Of a stretch of DNA of 64,000 bases, positions 1 to 9,000 are shown piece after piece. Numbering within the stretch: position 1 is the stretch's first letter; the number at the start of each line of letters is the position of its first letter. The DNA comes from a virus (Duplodnaviria; Caudoviricetes). The position numbers and the translations under genes were made by a program. The notes beneath the pieces are model-generated. The model worked only from the letters and a program-made list of their open reading frames with translations. It had not been told where the DNA came from and made no database searches. Location of the stretch: the IMG/VR virus record IMGVR_UViG_2529293276_000003, positions 4,067 to 68,066 of that record, one strand, 5' to 3'.

Positions 1-3000
1 TGATGCAGATTGTTTATCCGTTTCATCAAATATCTGTGAATAACGAGTGTCTTCGTTGCTATCTGTAGTAACCTGTGTTATATTGGTTTCGTTTGAAGCT
101 CCCACATCAGTACGAGCGGAATAGGACTGATTGTGCGTAGGACTGGTTTTGCCATCACCCTTGCCAGTACCATCTTCAAATATCTCAAATGCGGTGATCA
201 CCCAAGCATTACTGCCTTCAGCTTTCCTTAGAGCCACAAAGTAACCTTTGTGAGTAATCTTAATATTTTTTACGCCATTAGATGAATTATAAGCATCTGC
301 TGTACTGCCTTGTGCAATAGTCTCCACAATGTTGTGTGTCAGCATCTCAACCACTTCATCATAACTCATCTTATCCTTACGGATTCTTGCTTCTATGATA
401 TGACTGATGCCTTTAGCTCCTTTGGTTTTACCATTGGTTTTGATGATGCCTGTATCACCCCAAACAAAATCAATCCATCCAATATCGTTACGATACATAG
501 CACGCTTAACATCCGCTTTGGTTGTGATGGCTTTATTCATGGCTTCTGTACCACGCTTAATATTGGCTTGAACTGACTTCATAGCAGAAGCACTAAAGCG
601 AGTATCATTACTTGTTAAGGTCAGTAAATCCACAGGTGGATTATCCATGATGGTTTCAACATTTTGTACAAATGCTTTATATCCATCACCCTTAAAACCA
701 AGCACCTTAGATGCTAAGCGTACCAAGAAATCCATCACAGATGAGATGCCTTTTCTTGGTTTGATACCTAAATCAGCAAGCTCCATAGCGTAATCAATAT
801 AACGCATCATCTCAGGGTCAGTCATACCATAAGCGATAAACTCACTTAAGCCAGCATAATGATTACCATTAGTTGTATCAGCTTCTTGAGATGCTTTGAT
901 GACTTCCATGATTTGATTAACATAAGTTAAATCATCTTCTTTGGTGTCATGACGACTATGCCCATACTTTTTATTAAACGCTACATCTTCTTGCCACTGA
1001 GCCATGACAGCATCAAGCATCTTATTCAGATGATTTAATTCACTGCGTAGGTCTTGAGCGTTAGAGATGATGGCGTACTCAGTCAGAGCGTGTACAAGCT
1101 CATGATTGATAACTCGTAGCTTATTCTCATCGTTACCACTTTGGCTAAAGGTTTGGTTATCCAAAGTCAATGTATGGGTAGTTACATTATAGCTTCCATA
1201 GGCACGAGTACCATTAGGCGTAGTTACATCAGCAAACTTCACAGACATCTTGCTTAGGTGTTGGTTGGCTTTACCCATCAACATCTTATTAAGCTTTAAC
1301 TGTACTTCACTGACATTAACCAAACCTTTAATGGTTTGGTCAAGCTGTTTTAGGTTTTGGATTGTTGGCTCAGTTGGTGTACTGGACGAGTTAGTAAATG
1401 CAGCTCCCTGAGTACCGTCTGTTCCTGTACTTGTTGTGGGAAGTTGGGAAACTTGTTCTGTTGCTCTGGTGTCAGAGAGTTGTACAATTCCAGACTCGCT
1501 TGTTTGCTGTTTTGTAGTATCTGTTCTTTTGTTTGGTTCATAACTCATTACCTTAATAGTTGTATTAAGAGCCAAATCTTTTTCTAATTGATTGATTTGA
1601 TCTACAACCTTATTCTTTTCTTTAAGAGCAGTTTGACGATCAGCATCTGTTACTTGATACTCACCAAATTCACCTGCATACTGATGCAGATAAGCCAAAT
1701 TAGCTAACTGATCTAGTTTATTAAGCTCAGTATCTCTAACTTCATCAACTAGACTGGAGAGTTCTTGGGTAAGCTCAGCAAAGACTTCATTGTCATGGAA
1801 ATCTTTACGAATAACCCCATCTTTAATAAGTGCATAGCTACTTTGGATAACACTGGTTAATGCCCGTAATGACTCAAGCTGACCATGATAACTTACCAAA
1901 GCTTGGAAGGTTGCTCTGTTTTGTTGGGTAATCATATCAAGCTGATTATCAATAGCCCCAATATTTGCATCATGGACATTAATATTAATCTTCTTACCCA
2001 TAGCCATAGCAAAGGATGAGATATAACTATCCATAGACTGTGTTTGAACAGAGTTAGCCAATAGAGCTTTATCTTCAAGATGTATATGTCTTGCAGGACT
2101 ACCAAACGAAGTCGCTTGATACTTACCTGATTTATTTACCAAGAAGAAGCTGTTATTGGTCAGATTCGCTTTATCTACGAACAAAATCTCTGCTAAGCGT
2201 GTTAAACGAACCTTAGCTTTGGATTCATTATTTTGTACAGAATATACATTATGAATCTGTGCCTGAACTTTATCCATCACAGAATGGACAAGCTCTTCAC
2301 GCTCTTTATCAGATAAACCACGATAGCTAATTTCTTTAAGAGCTAATTCGTTTGCCAGTCCCCTATCTAAACCAGTCTCAACTAAAGCATTAGAGATTCT
2401 CTCTGCAACAGTCTGTATAGCACGCTCTTCTACTTCATGATACATTTGAGTAAATAACTCAACTGTACTGCTTAGTATACGCATATTGACTTTATTCTTC
2501 TCAATATAAACAGCTTCATAGTCCTGCAGTACTTCTGCAAGATATTGACCCATAGTAAAGCTATATTTATTATCTAACATAGCTTCATCTTTAGGGCTAA
2601 TCCAAGCTTCTAGCATATATTTGAGATCTAAGTTCTCATTAATAACCACTGCTTTAGGCTCATTATCAATAGTAATATCCCATTGAATAGGCTTTTGTGT
2701 CATGAATGAGAATAAACGGTCTACTGTCATTACTTGGTTTAGAAGCTTAGCTCTTTGGGTGTCATACTCTAACTGAGTCATTTGACCTGCTTCTAGGGCT
2801 TTTTTATTTGCAATATCCTGTTGAGCAGCAAGTGTAATATTATCTTGCATCTCTTTTAAGAAAGTACGAAATACAGCTTTCTTAAGTGATTTAATACCTG
2901 CACCATAGTTAAATGGAATCAAGACACTCTTAGCCACTGCTCGTTTAGTCAGACTCTTTTGTACTCTCATTAATGCACGAAAAACCTGTTTATTATGGTT

Positions 3001-6000
3001 GGCTAGATCTTTTTCTAAATTCGCATGAAACCCCATAATAAAAGCTTCTTGTGCTTTCTCATTAATGACAGCGTTCTTAAAGGCAGTATAATAATCACCC
3101 AAATTCTTATCATGACGAGCATCAAAATAAGATTTAAAGGGGTCATTAAAACTAAAAAAACCCGTGCGTAATAATAACTCTTTATAAAATGCACCATTCC
3201 AAAAGTGAGCCAATGCTGCACCGTTATTTAAACCATCAGAGCCTAAACCAAGTGATGTTGTAAAATTAGCGTGATTATTTTCTTGTGCAGTTTGAAAATC
3301 TGCCCATTCTCTTAGAGCTCTTAAAGAATTAGCTCCCATCTTCATTTCTGCAATAGCACTACTGAGATGATTCATCTCTGTAGATGAAATCTTATCACCT
3401 GCTTGTGCTTTAGAAACAATCTCTGTCGCTTTTTGGATATGCTCTTGGTTTAGGTATTCTATAAAAGCAGGAATAAGCACATAACTGGGCAGCTTATCTA
3501 CGGTAAACCCTTCTGTGAATATTTCTTTAGAACCTGTACTTTCAAAATAAACTTCAATGAAGTCTTCACTGCCTTCCATATTCTCAGCTAATGCACGCAG
3601 GAAGTAAGTCAGGTTTAATTCATCTTTAGTCAAATGTTTAGAATGAATTTCTTTACCATACTCTTTAAGCTTGCTTTGTAAAGAGTCTAATACTGATGAG
3701 CCATCTTTATTCTTAAGCTGTACAGTTACTTTAAAGTTACTAGGCTCAGCCATAGCACGGTGTAGTTTAGAAGATTGATAGTTAAAGACATTACTGTTAT
3801 AGTGCATACGACTATTAACAGCCATAAACATTGTATCCCAGTACTTACGGACACCATCTACTTTTGGTATGCTATTGATGAAATCTACAGCATTTGTCCA
3901 ATCACGCATAACAGCTTCTGCCTTACCTTCTAAACCATCACGGTCATTGATATGAGCTGTTTGTAGTTCACCTTCTTTTAACTTAGCACCAATCATCTCA
4001 AGGAAAGCATCTTCATGTTGGGAAGCCAAATTAGTTAATAGACTAAAGGTAGGTTCATTAATCACATTTGCATGGGCTTGTGCTTTAGCAACACGCTGGG
4101 CTTGTAGGTCAGTAACTGTTGCATCAGTTCGTTTGATTCTACGCTTAACATTAGCAACGCTTTCTTCTATTGGCTTAAGTGATGGCATGCGTACAGCACT
4201 AACACCACCCATAATATCTGTCAGATAGCCTGCTGTACCTTTATTGGCTTCACTGATTTCATTGATACGTTTGTTTATACCTTCACCTTCTTTATTGGTA
4301 ATAGAGACAAAACGAACAGTACCATGTGAATTAAAATCTTTTTCATCAATAACACCACGAACTTCTTCAATAGCTTTTTTATGTTTTTCACTAGAAATGC
4401 TATGTAAGTGAATTAAATCCGCAGATTGCATTGCTGATAATGCCCAAGTACCCAGTGCAGAATACAGACGAGAATCTACCGTAATAGAACCATTTTCTGT
4501 ACGCTGAATGTTTAATGTTTCAGCAATTCGTTTACCTAAATCATCAGCAACCTTGACATAACCTGAGCCAATATACTTATAGGTTTCCCACATTTCTTTA
4601 GTAATGTGAGCATTGTTTTTTTGTTCTACATCCTTACTGGTTAAACCAAGCAAAGCAAGAATATCATCACGCATATTCATAGTATGATTAGCAACGCTAT
4701 TTAGATAGTCATAAGCACCATAACTTAGTGCATCTAAAACATTACTATCAAATTCACCAGTTTGTTTATCATAGAAGTAGTTTGCCAACGCTCTGTTTTC
4801 ATAACCTTCATCCGTTGGTTTAAATACTTGTTTTAGATGCTCACGAAACTCAGCAGTAAACTCAGCAAAATCATTAATCTGTTCTCTTTGTGCTTTTGTA
4901 GGTGGCTCAAGATTTAATATCTGACTGGCTTTAACTGGATTTGTATAAAGCTCTCTGACAAAGTTTTGGATACTACTTAACGGTTTATGTAGTGTCTGTA
5001 CTTGCCTAAAGCTTGTTTTTAAGATATTTCTAACAGCTTTAGAATCCTTTGTTGCAGTAATAGGTTTTGTCAGATCTTCCTCAATATTTTTAGCAGGCTC
5101 ATTTAATTGGCGTATTTTAGCTTCAGAAGATTTAGAGAAATTACCTTCGCTATCTAAAACACTCAAAGAAGTGCTATCACTAACAATACCTAACAGTTTT
5201 GTATACGCTGTAGATTCATCTTTACTAAACCCAAAGAAATTAGTAACAGCATCCATTAAAGCATGATAAGCCTTAGTAACTTTGTTCTTACCACGAGATA
5301 CTTTAACTTGTTTTAGTACAGACTTAACATCTTCATTAAATAAACCAAGCTGTAATAAATCAGCAGCAGAATCCGTTGCTCTCATCAGTAGTGCTTTACT
5401 GTTTTCAGTAAATTTTTGATTTGGGTCAGATAAGATTTTACGCATGTGCTTACGCACATCTTTATTGATACTGTCTATTGTTAAGCGTAATTCACCCAGC
5501 TTGGCTTGTCTGTCAATAACTTCATCATCAAAGAGCGTATCAGTGTTTTGTTTACCTTCTTTTCTATTAGCATCTCTTTGTTTTTTGGCTTCAATGTTAG
5601 CCAAGGCAGTCACATGATCTAGGGTATCTAGTTCATCAGCAATGTTACCAATCTGCTTATGTACCATTGCTTGAGCAATATCACGAGTAATATCTTTACT
5701 ATCTTCACTCACACGGATAATGTCATCATCATAACTGGCTTTTTCGTCATAGCTAGTTTTGTCTTGAATCTTAACTTTAATATCAGGACTATATCTAGAC
5801 AATACACTGATTAGTGCTTGGTTTTCAGCTTGAGATTTATCTTTAGTTTTAATCTGAGATGATTCTATAGAACTGGCTAAATCACTTACTTTAACTGGCT
5901 TATTGATAAAGCTCTTTTCAATAGGCGTATTTGTAATATAAACTGTATCTTCTGCTTTGTTTTCTTCTTTTGCTTTAGAAGTAGATTCTAGTTTACGAAC

Positions 6001-9000
6001 CTGCATTGGTTTTAGTACAGTTTCTTTCGTGATTGCATTACTAGCACGGTTCGTTGGTATAGATGAATTACGCTTTACTGCAACTGCCTCTTGTGGTGTT
6101 ATAAGCTCATCTGCAGAAGATTCAGCCTCTTGGGTAGAGTTTTCTTTTGTATTGGTAGAAACATCTGTAGGAAGCGTCTTTGTCGCTTCTGTGGTGTTAT
6201 TTTGATGAGATTCAAAGACACTAAGGTCAAAACCAGTATTTGTATTTTCATCAATACCAGTTTCAGTAATTCCATTATTATCAGTAATATTAGGTGGAGT
6301 ATTATTTCCTGCATTACCGCTGTTTAAATCAGTATTTGTATTACTAGTACTATTAGTAGCTGTATATTCATTGAACTTATTTAAATCATCTTTAGAAAAG
6401 ACATGGGGTTTATATAAGTTATCTTCTTTACCAAAGGTATTCGTATCAATAGGTCGTTGAATTTCACTATGAAACTGACCATCTGCCATTAATGTACCCA
6501 TATTAGATAGAACATTAAAGACAGCTTGTGGTTGCTCTTTATATGATATTTTTTGTAGTGCTGGGTGTTTACGGAGTTCTTCTACCACTCTAGGAACAAT
6601 CGCAGCTTCACTAAACGCTGAGTTACTCATCTTGTGCTGTACAACAAAACCAGTATTAGGGTCAGCAGCCATCTGTAATAATGCACGACTAAAGTCTTGG
6701 TTATTGCTAACAGCAACACGCATAAAGTCCATATAGCGGTTAGCACTTTCAATCATAGCAGCATCTTTACCTGCCTGCGTACCATCATGCACAATGCTAT
6801 ACATATCCCCACCAAACTCTTCTATCAACTTAAGCTTCTGTTGATCATGAGCGTTGGTTGAATTGACATAGATGGGTGATTGGATAGGTGATCCAAAGAT
6901 ACCTGCTTTAATGACTTCTTTATTTTCATCAGTAAAGACATTACTTCTAACAGTAACTTGACCAGTTTTAGGGTCTTTAGCTGACCCAGTACCACGATAG
7001 ATACTAGATAAAGATACTGTTGCCATTTTACCTTCATCATTGACCTGCCTTTCACCACGCCCAAGCCAAACATAATTAGGTGTTGCCACGCCTTCTTGGA
7101 TTTTACGCTGATATTCACCCACACTACTATCACGAGCCAAAGTATCGTTATATGGGTTTGTAGGCAAACGAAAAGGTTTTCTTTGGGTAGGTACACTAGA
7201 TGGTGTTTTTGTTACAGGTGGTGTAACAGGTATAGATTCTTGTGTAGGTGTTGTTGTAGGCTCTATAGTAGGGTCTGATGTTGTAACATCAGCTACAGGC
7301 GTTTGATTAATATTTGATGCACGAGTAACTTGTACAGGCTGTTGTTGCTGAGATACGCCAGTATTAATTTGACTGAAGTCTGTTAAACCAAAGTCTGATA
7401 CTTTAACTGATTCTTTAATGCGGTCAGATGCACCATGTAACTCATAAGCTTTATCATAACCTTGTTTGATTTGATTAAGATGAGCAGCTTCTTCAATCAA
7501 ATTATTAACAAAGTTTCTTGAGATATTACTAATCTCAATAGCACCTGTTTTAGCACGCAACTCTTTTGAGATACTGCCTTCATGTACTTCCCATTCTTGG
7601 CTATCTGCTTTACGGGCAATATACAACGGCTGTTGATTTTCATCAAAGCTATCCATTGCTTGTTTAGCAGCACTCGCTTTAGATGTATGGCTTTCATTGA
7701 ATCTAGACAAGTGATTATAGTAACTGTCTAGTACGCCAATATCATCTGTCTTTAAGTACTGTACCAAACCTTGTTGGTAGCTTTGTAAACCAATATAACC
7801 ATCTTCAGCACGCTTGGCTTTTTTACCAATATAAATATCATGCTTAACATCGTCTGTATTTTTAGTCGCATTTTCTACAACACGCACTTCCTTTAATAAG
7901 CGAAGTTTCTCAGCGTGTTTTTCACTTAATGCACCTTGTTCTACCAAAATGTTAATCATGTCATCAGAGAGCATCTCAGAATAACGGATGACTTGATCAA
8001 AGGTATCTTGCTGTGCTTTACTGACTGCTTCAGACTCTACAGAGACTTGTTCTTGTTGTGAGTTAGTCTGATTATCAGCAACCTGTGCTTCTAGTGAGCT
8101 AATCTTGTCTTGCAACGCTTTTTGAGCTTCTGCTTCTTTAGTTTTGGTTTTTTCATCTTTTAATTTCGTTATTAAACTTTCTAGTCGCTCTTGTGCTGTA
8201 CGGTTATCATCTACATTTATATTACTGTTATTAGACTGACTAGAAAAAGACCCAGTGTAATTAGAGCCTAATAGACGATTAATATCAGCATGACCCTTAT
8301 CTAACTTGGCTTCATGTGTGCTAGAGTCAAATGATGCACCGCTTTTTAATTTATTTTGACCATAAGCCCAACCAATAGCAGCATGACCCCAGCGTCTGTC
8401 TTTTAAGTCAGGGTTGGCTTGTTTTAAGAAGTTACGAGTATCATAAGTACCACCTCTATACTGACTAAGTGTTATTCCACCACTTTTCATTTCTTGCATA
8501 AAAAAAGCAGCCATTGCATCTAAACTGGCTTGTGTTTGTGGAATACCTGACTCTTTAACATCAATTCCCCTATCTTTTAAAAACTTAAATAGGTTAGTAC
8601 GCCTGCCTTGTTGCCAACTGATGAAGCCAAAGTTATTAGCACCATTAGCATGGTCTGAGTGAGAACCAAACATAGTCTTAGCACTAAAGCCATTTTCACG
8701 GTTTACCTCACCAATTAAGTAGCGTGCCTGCCCATCAGTAAAGCCTGCTTTACGAAAAGCCGTATAAGTACCCATAATCAAGTCATCACGACTCTTATTG
8801 CTATTATCAATACTGAAGTTAGTTGAGTACTGAGATGTACCTGTTACTGCTTGTCCTTGTGCTTGGGTAATACCTACTTTGTCATAAATTGGTTTATACC
8901 ATCCACTATCAGGGTGTGCTTTGTATTTATCTGCTTTAGCATAATCAAAACCACCAAGGAAAGTTACACCCATTTCCTTAGCAATATTAGCTAAGTCAGT

